DNA from: Desulfobacterales bacterium
GTDB lineage: Bacteria > Desulfobacterota > Desulfobacteria > Desulfobacterales > UBA5852
DNA: 64,000 bases
Direction: 5' to 3'
NCBI GenBank assembly: GCA_963674755.2
Contig: CAXXVS010000003.1
Coordinates: 1,824,001-1,888,000 of the forward strand
This document shows positions 39,352 to 49,661 of the stretch, piece by piece. A model generated the notes under the pieces. It did no database searches and had not been told where the DNA came from. It worked only from the letters and a program-made list of their open reading frames with translations. The position numbers were made by a program, and so were the translations under genes. Within the stretch, counting starts at the first letter, position 1; each line of letters opens with the position of its first letter.

Positions 39352-41592
39352 TCAGTGGATCGTTGGGGGCGCGATGCTGTATTTTTTTAGCTTGTTGTAA
39401 AGCGAACTACGGCTGATGCCCAGCTTATGTGCGGCCTGCTTCTTGTTCCAGTCGCATTCCGTCAGGGCATCGATAAGTTTTTCCTTTTCGGTCAGAGCAA
39501 TGGTGCGGCTCAAGGTTTTCGAAAGAACAGGCTGCTCGGCATCGGCTTGCTGGTGCTCAGCGATGCTGGGGGGCAAATCCGAAGGCGTAATGAGCGTTTC
39601 TTTGCAGAGCACGACCGCGTGCTCGATGCAATTTTCCAACTCGCGGACATTGCCCGGCCATCCGTAACCAAACAAATGACGCATGACCTCGGGCTCGAAT
39701 CCCTCGATGGATTTACCCTGTTCGGCGGCAAACCGTTTAAGAAAGTGCCTCGCCAGGAGAGGAATGTCGTTGCGCCGTCGGCGAAGGGTCGGCAGATTGA
39801 CCGGGATCACATTCAGACGGTAAAAGAGGTCTTCACGGAAACGGCCCTTCTGAACTTCGGTCACAAGATTGCGATTGGTGGCCGCCAGAACCCTGACGTC
39901 GACGCTCCGTGTCGTTTCGCCGCCCACCCGCTCAAATTTCCGGCTTTGGAGAATCCTGAGAAGCTTGATTTGGGCGGTAGATGAGATCTCGCCGATTTCA
40001 TCCAGGAAGACGGTGCCGCCGTCGGCCTGTTCGAAACGGCCGGGTTTCTGGCGGACAGCACCTGTAAAAGCGCCTTTTTCATGCCCGAACAGCTCGCTTT
40101 CCAACAGGGTGGCCGGGTAGGCCGAGCAGTTGATGACCATGAACGGCTTGCTGCGGCGCAGACTGCGTTCGTGAATGGCGCGGGCCACGAGTTCCTTGCC
40201 GGTTCCGCTTTCGCCCTGGATAAGAACTGTCGCATCCGAAGGCGCAACATCGTCGATCAGTTTGTAGAGTACCTGCATCTGGGGGTCGCGCCCGACCAAA
40301 CCCCCGAATCCGGACGTATGATCGAACTGGGCTTTCAAGGCCAAGACTTCCTCTTCCTGAAGAATTGTCCGGCGCAGGGCGCCGGCCCCCTGTTCCAGCA
40401 TCATCTGGAGCACGCTAAGCTCCTTGGTGATGCACTTGCACTCGCTCGGGCAGGCGACTGTCATAGCCCCCTGCAGTTCATCTTCATAATGGATGGGGAA
40501 AACGACGACGCTTTTGGCGTTGGCTGTCAGTCCCGCCTCCATTGGCAGAGGGATGGCCGGCGTGTCGCGAACGAAGGATGCCTTTTCGATCTGGCTGACG
40601 TAGCCGTAGGCGGCGCGGCTGGGTTCGCCATCCATTGTAACCAGTTTATCGGTGCTGAAGCGAAAGATCCGTTCCCCGCCGTTGCCAAACGCAAAAAGCT
40701 GCATGTTGCGGCAAGTGACGACATCCTGAAGCTTATGGACCAAGTAGCGGCAGACATCGCCAAGATTGGGCAGGACGCTTATTTCCCGCGAAATCTCGAA
40801 AGATGCCCTGATCTGCTGATGGGATCGATCCAGTTCGGCATTTTTGCGTTGCAATCGCTCGGCGTAATCGGTCAGCTTGCCGGTGTGCCCCTTGATGCGC
40901 AAGAGCATTTGATTGAAGGCCTGGGATAGTTTGGCAACCTCGATGTCGCCGGCGACGGGTACGTTGACGTCCAGGTTGCCTTCGTCGATCCTGTCGACCG
41001 TGTCGGCCAGCACTTGCAGCGGCCGCGTGATACGACGAATCAAGAAGTGGCTCAATAGAAGCGCAACCGCAAGGATGAGGAGGGTCAGCAGGCTCATCTG
41101 AATGCGCAGACCCATGATTTTCTGGCGGTAGGGTGTTTCGGAAACGCCTAGGCGGATGAAACCGGCCTTGCCCTCGAATATGGGCCAGGCCACGTCGAAA
41201 AAACGTTCCCCCTCTTCGTTTAGTACCCACCTCAGGCTGCCTTTGTCGCTTTCTTGAAAATCCTTGTTCGCAATCAAGCCCCTAGGAACGCCGTTGGGGA
41301 AGGTATGTGTTAATACTCGGTCGTCCCTGACCACGAAGATGTACGTGACAAAAGGGGTGCTGATCATCTGGTCCTCGATCAGCTTCTGGAGGGCCACACG
41401 ATCGTTGATGAGAATCTTGTCGGCGGCGGCCAGCGCCAGGTTGCGGGCGATGTTCTCGGTTTCGGCATAAGCATCGTGCATGATGCGTTCGCCATAATAG
41501 TGGGCCACCAACTGGGATGTCAGCGCCCCGATGCCGACAGCCACCAGGGCCACGGTCAGCAGCAGTTTTTTACTGAGGCTTCGCGGCAGCAT
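39352..41592 (-). CDS. Membrane-bound sigma54 enhancer-binding protein (TM-periplasmic-TM-HAMP-GAF-like-AAA+-Fis HTH)
   Basis: Two TM helices, HAMP (RPLQVL..EVAKLSQAFNQM), GESGTGKE, GAFTGA, FLDEIG, WPGNVRELEN, LGISRSSLYNKL; no kinase or receiver domain. Confidence 0.9.
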   Translation of the reverse strand: MLPRSLSKKLLLTVALVAVGIGALTSQLVAHYYGERIMHDAYAETENIARNLALAAADKILINDRVALQKLIEDQMISTPFVTYIFVVRDDRVLTHTFPNGVPRGLIANKDFQESDKGSLRWVLNEEGERFFDVAWPIFEGKAGFIRLGVSETPYRQKIMGLRIQMSLLTLLILAVALLLSHFLIRRITRPLQVLADTVDRIDEGNLDVNVPVAGDIEVAKLSQAFNQMLLRIKGHTGKLTDYAERLQRKNAELDRSHQQIRASFEISREISVLPNLGDVCRYLVHKLQDVVTCRNMQLFAFGNGGERIFRFSTDKLVTMDGEPSRAAYGYVSQIEKASFVRDTPAIPLPMEAGLTANAKSVVVFPIHYEDELQGAMTVACPSECKCITKELSVLQMMLEQGAGALRRTILQEEEVLALKAQFDHTSGFGGLVGRDPQMQVLYKLIDDVAPSDATVLIQGESGTGKELVARAIHERSLRRSKPFMVINCSAYPATLLESELFGHEKGAFTGAVRQKPGRFEQADGGTVFLDEIGEISSTAQIKLLRILQSRKFERVGGETTRSVDVRVLAATNRNLVTEVQKGRFREDLFYRLNVIPVNLPTLRRRRNDIPLLARHFLKRFAAEQGKSIEGFEPEVMRHLFGYGWPGNVRELENCIEHAVVLCKETLITPSDLPPSIAEHQQADAEQPVLSKTLSRTIALTEKEKLIDALTECDWNKKQAAHKLGISRSSLYNKLKKYSIAPPTIH

Positions 41593-42547
41593 GGGATTTA
41601 CCTCCCGTCTGCAAAAAGCGATACATGGCCTTCACCGACGCGTACCAGGATTCCTTAGGCGTCACAAACCGCTCGATCATCAGCCTTTCGAGTATCCGTT
41701 GCCCTTCGTCGTCGCGGTGCATCGAGGTGACGATGCCCTGAATCTGCGTTTTCTCTTTTACGGGCAGTCCAGATGCGGCCACGAGTGGGGGGCTGCCGAA
41801 AGGCTTCGATTTCTTGATGATACTTGTAGCCTCGGTCAAACCGGGATTGACCATCTGGTAATAGTCCCACTTGTGGCCGTCTACAGCAGCGGCATCCACC
41901 AGACCTCTCGCTACAGCCTTGATGGAGTTGTCGTGGCTGTACGTATAGATTGTCTCTCGGAAAAAGGTTGCCGGGTTTTCGCCGATCTCAGCCAGCCAGA
42001 AGCGGGGCGTCAGAGACCCTGTGTTGGAGTCGGGGTCCGTGAAGGCGAACCCCTTGCCGCGCAGATCCTCAAGCATTTTATAGGGGCTGTCGGATTTGAC
42101 GATCAGATAGGATTGATAGGTCGGTAGTCCTCGGACTTGAGGGGTGGCGATGGCCTCGAACCCATATAGTTCCTTAGAGGTGGCATAGGGGCCGGAGCAG
42201 ATGAAAGCCAGGTCAAGTTCATTTTTTAAGAACAGCTCGTTGATCTCGCCATAAGTTTTGCGTTGTACCAACTCGATCGGTTGATTCATCCGGCCGGCGA
42301 TATAATCGAGTAGCGCTTGGTAATACTCGATCGTTTCTCTAGGCGAGATCATAGCCGCCACTGCAATTCTCAATGGTGCCTTGCCAGACTCCGCTCCAGT
42401 TGCGCGCACCACCTCGATGTGATCTTTGAAATCGACGTATTGATATTGGGGTTCGTTGCTGCAGCCGCCGAGCAAAACCATAACAAGCATAAAGGCGATT
42501 GACCGCAGGGTGGAAGAATGAATTCCGCAGGGGGCGACGGGCAGCAT
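41570..42547 (-). CDS. PhnD-like periplasmic oxyanion-binding lipoprotein (AioX/ArxX/ArrX-like); start uncertain
   Basis: Lipobox LLGGC; VQRKTYGE, DLAFICSGPY, YQSYLIV, FAFTDPDSNTG, SHDNSIKAV, FGSPPLV; overlaps the activator start; no ABC permease nearby. Confidence 0.85.
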   Translation of the reverse strand: MLPVAPCGIHSSTLRSIAFMLVMVLLGGCSNEPQYQYVDFKDHIEVVRATGAESGKAPLRIAVAAMISPRETIEYYQALLDYIAGRMNQPIELVQRKTYGEINELFLKNELDLAFICSGPYATSKELYGFEAIATPQVRGLPTYQSYLIVKSDSPYKMLEDLRGKGFAFTDPDSNTGSLTPRFWLAEIGENPATFFRETIYTYSHDNSIKAVARGLVDAAAVDGHKWDYYQMVNPGLTEATSIIKKSKPFGSPPLVAASGLPVKEKTQIQGIVTSMHRDDEGQRILERLMIERFVTPKESWYASVKAMYRFLQTGGKSHAAAKPQ

Positions 42548-42771
42548 TTCGAGCCTCCCAAGGACTGTAGGTTAGGCCAGTGCGCATGCATAAATTGCAT
42601 CTTTCGGCCCAGACCGGCGCGCTCTTCTGAAATCCTCGCATAGCTCAACTACGCAATGCTGTCGCTCATACGGTTACGCCGTCCGTAACCCTCGCTGCGG
42701 TCTTGGCCTGAACCAAAAATTGCCTTTCTCGACGCACACGGGAATAGGAAACTTAATCTTTAGGTTTTCAT

Positions 42772-42792
42772 AAGTACCACATTGTGGTACTT
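42772..42792. promoter_or_regulatory. Perfect palindrome, candidate operator of the adjacent XRE regulator
   Basis: AAGTACCACA-T-TGTGGTACTT in the divergent promoter region. Confidence 0.65.
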
Positions 42793-42854
42793 TCTGCAAC
42801 AGCGGACATACGATCGCCGGGCGGACTGATAACTGCTTTGAAAGGTGCCAACTG

Positions 42855-43229
42855 ATGAACGCTACCGAATTCAAGACGTACAGAAGCGAAATGAAAAAAA
42901 GCCAGCTGCGAATGGCGCACTTGTTAGGGGTTTCACTCAAGGCAGTTCAGGGCTACGAGCAGGGGTGGCGCAACATTCCACCGTCCATCGAGCGGCAGGT
43001 ACTCTTTTTGGTTTGCCAACTGCGGATTCCAAGCGGGGAGCGAAAAACATGTTGGGAAGCAAGGAACTGCCCTCACCAGAAAAAGGCCCAATGCCCAGCC
43101 TACGAATTTAAAGTCGGGCATCTTTGCTGGTTTGTAAATGGGACCTTGTGTGACGGAAAACCACAACAGTCCTGGGAGAAAAAAATCGAAACCTGCCGGA
43201 AATGTGAGATGTTAGAATTGTTGATGTGA
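42855..43229 (+). CDS. XRE-family HTH regulator fused to a Cys-rich two-CW domain
   Basis: SQLRMAHLLGVSLKAVQGYEQGWR; CWEARNC..CPAY..CWFVNGTLC..CRKC. Confidence 0.85.
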   Translation: MNATEFKTYRSEMKKSQLRMAHLLGVSLKAVQGYEQGWRNIPPSIERQVLFLVCQLRIPSGERKTCWEARNCPHQKKAQCPAYEFKVGHLCWFVNGTLCDGKPQQSWEKKIETCRKCEMLELLM

Positions 43230-43542
43230 GAGCCAAACTTCCAATTTTACTGACATGTGATTGCCTTAACCTCAATATCTGAGAATTATACCAGGATTAC
43301 GTTTGACTGCGATCCATACACCTGCGATTTATTCTTACCTGTCGATTAACAGTCCTAATCTGGACTGGCAGAATTCGAAAAGCGGCCGGTTGGAACTGCC
43401 CCACTTCAAGATCACGAACAAAATGACCGTTAACTTCCCCTCCACATCACCGAAAATACCCTAGACTTCTTTCCCCAAATCTGTTAGCGAATAATTCATC
43501 ATCGACGTTTTCTTCGTGGACCACCATCTGGGAGGCTGTTTT

Positions 43543-44148
43543 ATGGCTATCGTGGGGTACATTCGCGTCTCGACCGACAAGCAGAACTACGACGGACAGA
43601 AGCTGAGCATCCTGAACTATGCGAATGACCAGCTGAGGGGCAGGGTTGACGAGTGGATCGAGGTGAAAGCCAGCACCCGGAAGTCCGCTGAGAAGCGAAA
43701 ACTGGATGAGCTGAGGGAAACGCTCAAGAAGGGAGACACCCTGATCGTGGCTGAGCTGTCCCGGCTGGGTCGCTCCGTCGGTCAGATCGCCATCCTGGTT
43801 GATGGCCTGGTCAGCGAGGGCCTCCAGATCATCACCATCAAAGAGGGCATGATCCTGAACGGAAAGCGGGACATGAAGTCCAAGGTGATCCTGACGATGT
43901 TCTCGCTCATGGCGGAAATCGAACGTGACCTCGTTTCTGAGCGGACCAAGGAAGGGTTGAGGCGCGCCAGGGCTGAGGGAAAGCTCTTGGGACGTCCCAA
44001 GGGGACGACCAGCTCCAAGCTGGACGGCAAGGAAGGGGAGATCCAGGTATATCTGGCAAAGGGCGTCAACCTCGCAAACTTGGCTCGGATCTATGGTGTT
44101 TCGTGGTCCACGATGAAGCATTTCGTGGTGAGCAGGGGGCTGGTTTGA
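43543..44148 (+). CDS. Small serine recombinase (resolvase/invertase) with C-terminal HTH
   Basis: GYIRVSTDKQ, ELSRLGRS, ERDLVSERTKEGL, LGRP; GGAGG RBS. Confidence 0.95.
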   Translation: MAIVGYIRVSTDKQNYDGQKLSILNYANDQLRGRVDEWIEVKASTRKSAEKRKLDELRETLKKGDTLIVAELSRLGRSVGQIAILVDGLVSEGLQIITIKEGMILNGKRDMKSKVILTMFSLMAEIERDLVSERTKEGLRRARAEGKLLGRPKGTTSSKLDGKEGEIQVYLAKGVNLANLARIYGVSWSTMKHFVVSRGLV

Positions 44149-44697
44149 CGTTGGGCAAACTTGGCCTTCGGTTCTATTTTGTTAGAATAAACCTATTTGG
44201 CGCTACCATATCTATTCAATACCGTGCGTTGAAATTAATATGTACCGAAGCCTCCCTTTGAAATCGTGCTCTCGCTGAGTAGAGGTGGATCCGATTGCTG
44301 AATCTGCGGTGCGTCAGTTTCAAAACCAGATACTCTGAGGGTGGGTAGCAAATTCTTCCATATCCAAATGTCTGACGAATTGCTGCCGCTCGTTGTGATT
44401 CGTCCTCTTCCAAAATATTATGCGTCTACGAAGAAGATAGCCGCAGATTCCGATTTCCAACCCATAGTCCGCTGCCGTGAAGCACAGTGACGTGGCTTCT
44501 GTTGAACGCTTTGCCGCTCTCCTCTCCAGGAAGCTTGGACCCTGAGAATCTCCCTACAGTGGACCATGGCCGCGTTCCGGGCGCGAAGGATCATTTTACG
44601 GAACAGGAGACGCCAAGACATGCATGGACAAGCGGTGCTTTGCAGCTATCCGGCACTTGATATCAACTACAGTCGTTATGCGGCGTTCTAACTATTT

Positions 44698-45839
44698 GAG
44701 GGGTCGGGGAGTTTTTGGAACCTCCTAACCGCCTAAAATTAAACAGATTTTTTAACTAGACATAAGCCTTTGTAATTGTTATGAATAATCTCAATGAATT
44801 CAACACGAAAGGAGATTATTCATGGCCACCAAGTCGAACAAGATTTCCAAGCGCTGGATTCATGAAACCCGTGATGACTTTCGCGCCTTTCTGGATGAAA
44901 CCGGCTTTCCCGATCCAGAACGTCTTGGCGAGCGTGGCCCTAAATTCACATATCCCGAATGGCTGATCATGTTCATTGCGGTTTTATCGGTAAAACTGAA
45001 GATCAAATCCTATGTTCAGATTCATAAGATGGCCCTGCAGTATTGGGATATCATCGCTAATGGCATGAATTTGTCGCCGATCAGTGAGCGGCAGTTGCGG
45101 TTTCGTTTAAAAAAATCCGTCATTTCCCTGGAAAACCAGCAGCGTTCATTTTTCAGCTATTTCCTGAGCTTGAGTAAGGAGCGCACCGTCAGTGCCGACA
45201 AGATGAAGAACAAAGCCCGAGGGCCCGTCTGGCACAAGAAGCAAAAGGATCTGGGCATTATCCCCTAAGGGCTGCGCGGCATCGACAAGGAGGCCACCTG
45301 GTGTAAGTCCAACGCTGATGGCTGGGTCTATGGGCATGGCAGTTTTTCATTAACCTCACACAAGCATCCGGTATTAGGCTGCTTTTTGTGGATGCGAAAC
45401 GCGGCCAACGAAGCAAAGCGCAATGTGGCTGGAGACCTATCACCTCAAAGGGAAAGTTGACTATGTCTGCATGGACTCCGAGGCTGATGACGCGGATCTT
45501 TTCCGTGAATTTAAACGCCAGCGACGAATGAACCTGATCACCTATTGCCGTCAAAACATGGATAAGACCAAGCCTCGCAGGGAGATGATCGCGTTCATGG
45601 ATAAACCCAAACATAAGAAGATCTACCGTGAGCGGTCTTATAAAGTCGAACCCATGCAAGGTTTGGTAAAGGACATTTTTGAGTTAGACCGATGCTGGAT
45701 GCGGGGCAATGAGAATAATCGCTGGATCTTCGCAGCCATGGGTCTAACCGTCCAGATGCATCAGCTACAGGCTTTCAAACAGGGTAGATCAACTTGGAAT
45801 ATCAAAGAACTGGTCTTGGGATAAACTCCCCGACCCCTC
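44698..45839 (+). mobile_element. About 1.14-kb DDE insertion sequence (IS4/IS5/IS982-like; family unresolved) with inactivated transposase
   Basis: 17-bp perfect TIR GAGGGGTCGGGGAGTTT; flanking direct repeat AACTATTT; transposase 44822..45824 with TAA at 45266-45268 and a frameshift near 45422. Confidence 0.85.
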
Positions 45840-46065
45840 AACTATTTCGCGCCTCGAAGGCCTCGGCCACGGACGCTTGCCCGATAAGGTGCATTATCCG
45901 GAGGTGCCGGCGCCAATCGCGGATCATGCCGACCACCCGGCGTATGCACTGCTTGAGTATTTGAAATTAAATGTCAATATTGACATATAATTCTTGCCCG
46001 TTTTACACTGAAATCAACATTGCGGCCGTACAGGACCTCCCACGCAAATGCACGGTGCAAACGAG

Positions 46066-46440
46066 ATGAGTATCCATTTCACTTTCCGAGGCGACATGAT
46101 CGTCGTAACCGCCCATGGGTTACGTCCTATGAGGAGGTTACCGGAACATTCGATAAAATCGCCTCCAATGCCATGTCCAAACCTCCCGCCAGAATTTTCT
46201 TCGATGGGCGATAGACCGATTACGGCCCTCCCACGGACGAGCTAAAAGACCTCGCCAGGCATCTGGGGGACATCGAGGCATTCAATGGTAGCCGCTGGGC
46301 CATTGTCGCCCAACCGGCTTCCCTGATATTCGGGCTTGCCCGTTTGTATTGTGGCCATGCCCAATCCACCGGATTCATGGCCGAATTCTTTTTCGGATTT
46401 CTTGAAGGCCTGCGCTTGGCTTCTTCGTCCCGAGGCGCCG
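46066..46440 (+). pseudogene. Degraded paralogue of the downstream STAS/SpoIIAA-like gene
   Basis: MSIHF..IVVTAHG / PPARIFFDGR*TDYGPP..SRWAIV..FGLARLYC aligns by eye with 46601..47035; frameshifts plus a TAG. Confidence 0.75.
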
Positions 46441-46600
46441 CTTTCTGGCTGAAGACCCACGGTGGCCGACAACACCTCGGGTTCCGAGAAGGGACGGATT
46501 TATGGAGAAATATTGACTTGCCGGAGGATACATTTTAAATTTAACAATCTTCTCTCGCCCGCAATGGGCAGAAATCCGCTTTGGAAGAGGTTAAGCCGGC

Positions 46601-47035
46601 ATGAGCATCGGGTATCGCATTGACGGCCCCATTGTGGTCGTGACACCTCATGGCCTCAACACCCTGGAAGATGTTTGCCGGATCTTCGAAGTCCTTCTCG
46701 CTGACCCCGCCTTCAATCCTCCCGCTAAAATCCTTTTCGACGCCTGTCATACGGATTACGGTCCTCCGAGTGAGGAGCTCGAGCTGCTTTCCGAGTTTTT
46801 GGCCAAGCTCGATGCCTACCATGAAAGCCGGTGGGCCATTGCCGCCAATTCCAACACCATGGTGTACGGTCTGACACGCATGTTCTGCTGCCTGGCCGAA
46901 GCCCTTGGGATCTATGCCGAGCCGTTTTCGGATTACGACGCGGCCCGCCGATGGCTTGCCGATCCGGATTGGGACTATCGGGACAGGGCCTTGGTTCCTA
47001 ACGAGGCTTTCTTGTCCGCTCGCGCAGGCTTTTGA
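46601..47035 (+). CDS. STAS/SEC14 (SpoIIAA-like) domain protein
   Basis: KILFD, RWAI, YGLTRMF, FSDYDAARRWL pattern. Confidence 0.6.
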   Translation: MSIGYRIDGPIVVVTPHGLNTLEDVCRIFEVLLADPAFNPPAKILFDACHTDYGPPSEELELLSEFLAKLDAYHESRWAIAANSNTMVYGLTRMFCCLAEALGIYAEPFSDYDAARRWLADPDWDYRDRALVPNEAFLSARAGF

Positions 47036-47394
47036 AGCACGCCATCAGCTCCACCACCACCCGCAGCAGGTCCTTCAGCTCATCGTAATTGGCCGCGGCC
47101 TCCTTGGCGGTCACGCTGCCGTAGGCCATGGCCTGGGCGGATGAAATCCTCCCCGGCCCGGCGGGTCTCGGGCGGGGCGTCCGCCGCCTGGCTTTGCCCC
47201 AGGATGCGCAGGGCGTCGATCTGGCCCAGCTTGGCGTTGCTGGTGCCCAGCTCCCGGTGCTTGATCTCGTTGTCCATGGTCTGGTAGCGCTTGCCCAGGC
47301 GGGCCGCCAGGGCCTTGCGCGGAAAGGTGGCCGCGATCAGGTCCATGCGCTCGATGATCTCGTCCACGTCGATGGGGCTGCCGGTCCGTCGCAT
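46998..47394 (-). pseudogene. Phage CII-like (CP76-type) regulatory protein with internal deletion/frameshift
   Basis: KALAARLGKRYQTMDNEI..AKLG..DALRIL, then in another frame AMAYGSVTAKEA..ELKDLL. Confidence 0.55.
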
Positions 47395-47446
47395 AGGAAA
47401 GAAACCTCCCCAATCTTATTGAAACCCCGCCCTCGCGGGAAATAGG

Positions 47447-48093
47447 TTAGGCTTGGGCGCTGAACCGCCCCCTGGCCAGAAGCCGCTTGAGCCCCTGCCG
47501 GGCCCAGTCCCGTATGGCCGGCAGCTGATCCAGCAGGGGCCGCACGGCCGCCACGTCGAACCGGTCGTAGGGCATGCCGAAGTGCACCTGCACCATCCGC
47601 CGCCGGAAGCTTTTGGGCAGCGACCGGTCCAGAAAGTCCCTGGGCCGCGCGCCCACCAGCATCACCTTGCAGCGGGGGCAGAAGATGAAGGGCGCGCCTT
47701 CGGGAGGGGCGGCCTCCAGGGGGCGGCCCGCCACCACGCGTCCGCGAAACCGGGCGCGGATGCCAGCTCCTCGAAGTGGGCCATGGCAAGGGCCAGCCTG
47801 CGGTTGGCCAGCGCGCCCCGGCGGGCCGGGTCCGCGAGCATGCCCGGGGAGATCTGCACGCATTCCCCCGGCCCGGCCAGGGCGATCATGGCCTTGATGA
47901 AGGCCCAGGTCTCGCCGATGGGCCCGGTGAGGGCCAGAAACCAGTCGAAGCGGTTGTCGGCCAGCCCCAGGGAGCCCGCGAACTCCTGGAGCCGGTCCAG
48001 GGCGGCGCGGTCGCCGCCGGTGACGTCGGCCAGGAATTGACTCCAAATCATCAGGGGGGCGGGGGAGTGGTAGAAAACGGTGGCGGTCATCAT
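47447..48093 (-). pseudogene. Degenerate P4/D5-type SF3 helicase-like domain, frameshifted
   Basis: WSQFLADVTGGD..LQEFAG..LTG, LANRRL, FIFCP, FRRRMVQVHF, PAIRDWARQG; Walker A lysine missing; frame switch near 47740. Confidence 0.55.
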
Positions 48094-48107
48094 GGCGCGG
48101 CCTCCTT

Positions 48108-48368
48108 TCAGGCGTCGGACCTTTCGGCCGGCGCTTCGAAAAGCTCCTCCCGCGTCACGCCCCAGATATCGGCGATGGCCGTCTGGATGTCGGCGTTGCG
48201 GCGGATGCCCTCGATATGGGTGGTGATGCAGGGGCGCGACACGTTCAGCCGCCGCGCCATGGCCGGCTGGGTGACGCCGGTGAGCTTGTGCAGGGCCTTG
48301 CCGATGTTGTTCAGCGGAAAGCCCAGATCTCTCAGGCAACTCACGGTTTCGGTGACTTGACGGTTCAT
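48108..48368 (-). CDS. Cro/Ner-like phage HTH protein
   Basis: TQPAMARRLNVSRPCIT..G.RRN..IQTAIADIWGV..EELF. Confidence 0.7.
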   Translation of the reverse strand: MNRQVTETVSCLRDLGFPLNNIGKALHKLTGVTQPAMARRLNVSRPCITTHIEGIRRNADIQTAIADIWGVTREELFEAPAERSDA

Positions 48369-48527
48369 GGTCGAAACCCCTTGTATCCTGTGTTACGGTG
48401 TGGTAATTTGAGCATCGTCTAATAAAAGCTCCAATGGCTGTTACTATTGGCTTTTCTTAGAAAGCCGACCTCCTATAAATCCCCATTTTGATCGCAACGA
48501 TTATAATTTCGCATCAAAGCTACTCGT

Positions 48528-48894
48528 ATGAGTGATTTTTCCTTTAAAGGTGCAAACTACCTAATGAATGGTGATGTTTTGCGGTAATGAGAAGCTAAAA
48601 TACTCGTCTGAGGGGCAGGGACAGAGTGGTGGGAAGAATATTGAAGATAATGCCTCACTTCCGGATGATATAGATGTCGAATTATTGGGCGACATTATTT
48701 GGGCGATTGAAAAGCGTTTGGAAGTGGAGAAACGCGTACTTGATCCGAACCAAAAAGCACGGGCGATAGGGCTTCTATACCTGCATTATCGGGAAAGTGA
48801 GAAGTCGGCCACGGAGAGACGAGGGGACGGTGGAATCCTACCTGAAGCTCGTGGGCTGACCGCGCACAGGAGGGCAACATGCCGAAGCGCCTGA
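48528..48894 (+). pseudogene. Probable relic of a phage repressor-like gene, divergent from the Cro-like gene
   Basis: C-terminal LLGDIIWAIEKRL..LDPNQKARAIGLLY resembles tails of phage XRE proteins; HTH apparently deleted. Confidence 0.4.
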
Positions 48895-49625
48895 AGGTCT
48901 ATCGAGACCTTGGGGATATATGGGGAACATCTAAACCAGCAGATGGCGGCCCGCCTCCTGATCCTTCACCCGAACAATCACTTGAGCCGACCAACTCATC
49001 CTCTGATCCACCCCCAGAGCAGCCCGACTCACCCCCGGAAAGGGAAGCCAGTCACAGCCGCACCAGAAAGATCATCCTCAAAACACTTTCGCTTTCCACC
49101 GTCATCACCGTCTTGATCGTCATCATCGGCATTTACTCCGCCTTCAGCTTTTTCAATCCCTTTTCGAAAAATTCCACCGACAACCCCCTGGATAATTACC
49201 GGCCCTTCGCGCCCTCGCTGAAAGATATGGACACCCTGGCCGCCTACCAGCCGGAAAGGCTGGACATGCACTACGGGCGCATCCTGTCCCCAAAGCCGGG
49301 GGCCAGCAGCCCGCGCCATATCAGGATCACCGGCATCACCCGCAACAATTCCGAGGGCCATCACGTGGTCCTGGTGGTGGACGTGGAAAGCCAGCGCGTC
49401 TGCTTCCCCAAATGGCCCATCATCAAGCCTAACGCGGCTTTTCGCACGGAGATCTACGACGGCGGGCCGGAAGGGGGGTGCATGGTGGGGCTGTACGCGG
49501 TGGATGAGGAGTACTACGGGAAGATTTTGGAGTGGTTGAAGCAGGAACGGTTTGGGGGGGTGGGGTTGATGCCGTTGCGGTATCGGTTGGATGGGTTGAG
49601 AATTCGCTTAGATAAATATAAGTAA
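48879..49625 (+). CDS. Hypothetical single-pass membrane protein
   Basis: Pro/Ser-rich N-terminus, one TM helix, beta-rich C-terminal domain; GGAGG RBS. Confidence 0.65.
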   Translation: MPKRLKVYRDLGDIWGTSKPADGGPPPDPSPEQSLEPTNSSSDPPPEQPDSPPEREASHSRTRKIILKTLSLSTVITVLIVIIGIYSAFSFFNPFSKNSTDNPLDNYRPFAPSLKDMDTLAAYQPERLDMHYGRILSPKPGASSPRHIRITGITRNNSEGHHVVLVVDVESQRVCFPKWPIIKPNAAFRTEIYDGGPEGGCMVGLYAVDEEYYGKILEWLKQERFGGVGLMPLRYRLDGLRIRLDKYK

Positions 49626-49661
49626 AATTATTTCGAATAGAGATAAAGGCGGAGGATTTAA

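Noticed and set aside
982..42127. Many long antisense or alternate-frame ORFs (e.g. 982..1941, 7245..8669, 34662..35960)
   Set aside because: Shadows of well-supported GC-rich genes, with no motifs
41570..42547. Phosphonate ABC transporter
   Set aside because: No permease or ATPase genes; the ORF overlaps a regulator
44216..44621. Two short minus-strand ORFs after the resolvase
   Set aside because: No RBS or motif support; may be degraded cargo
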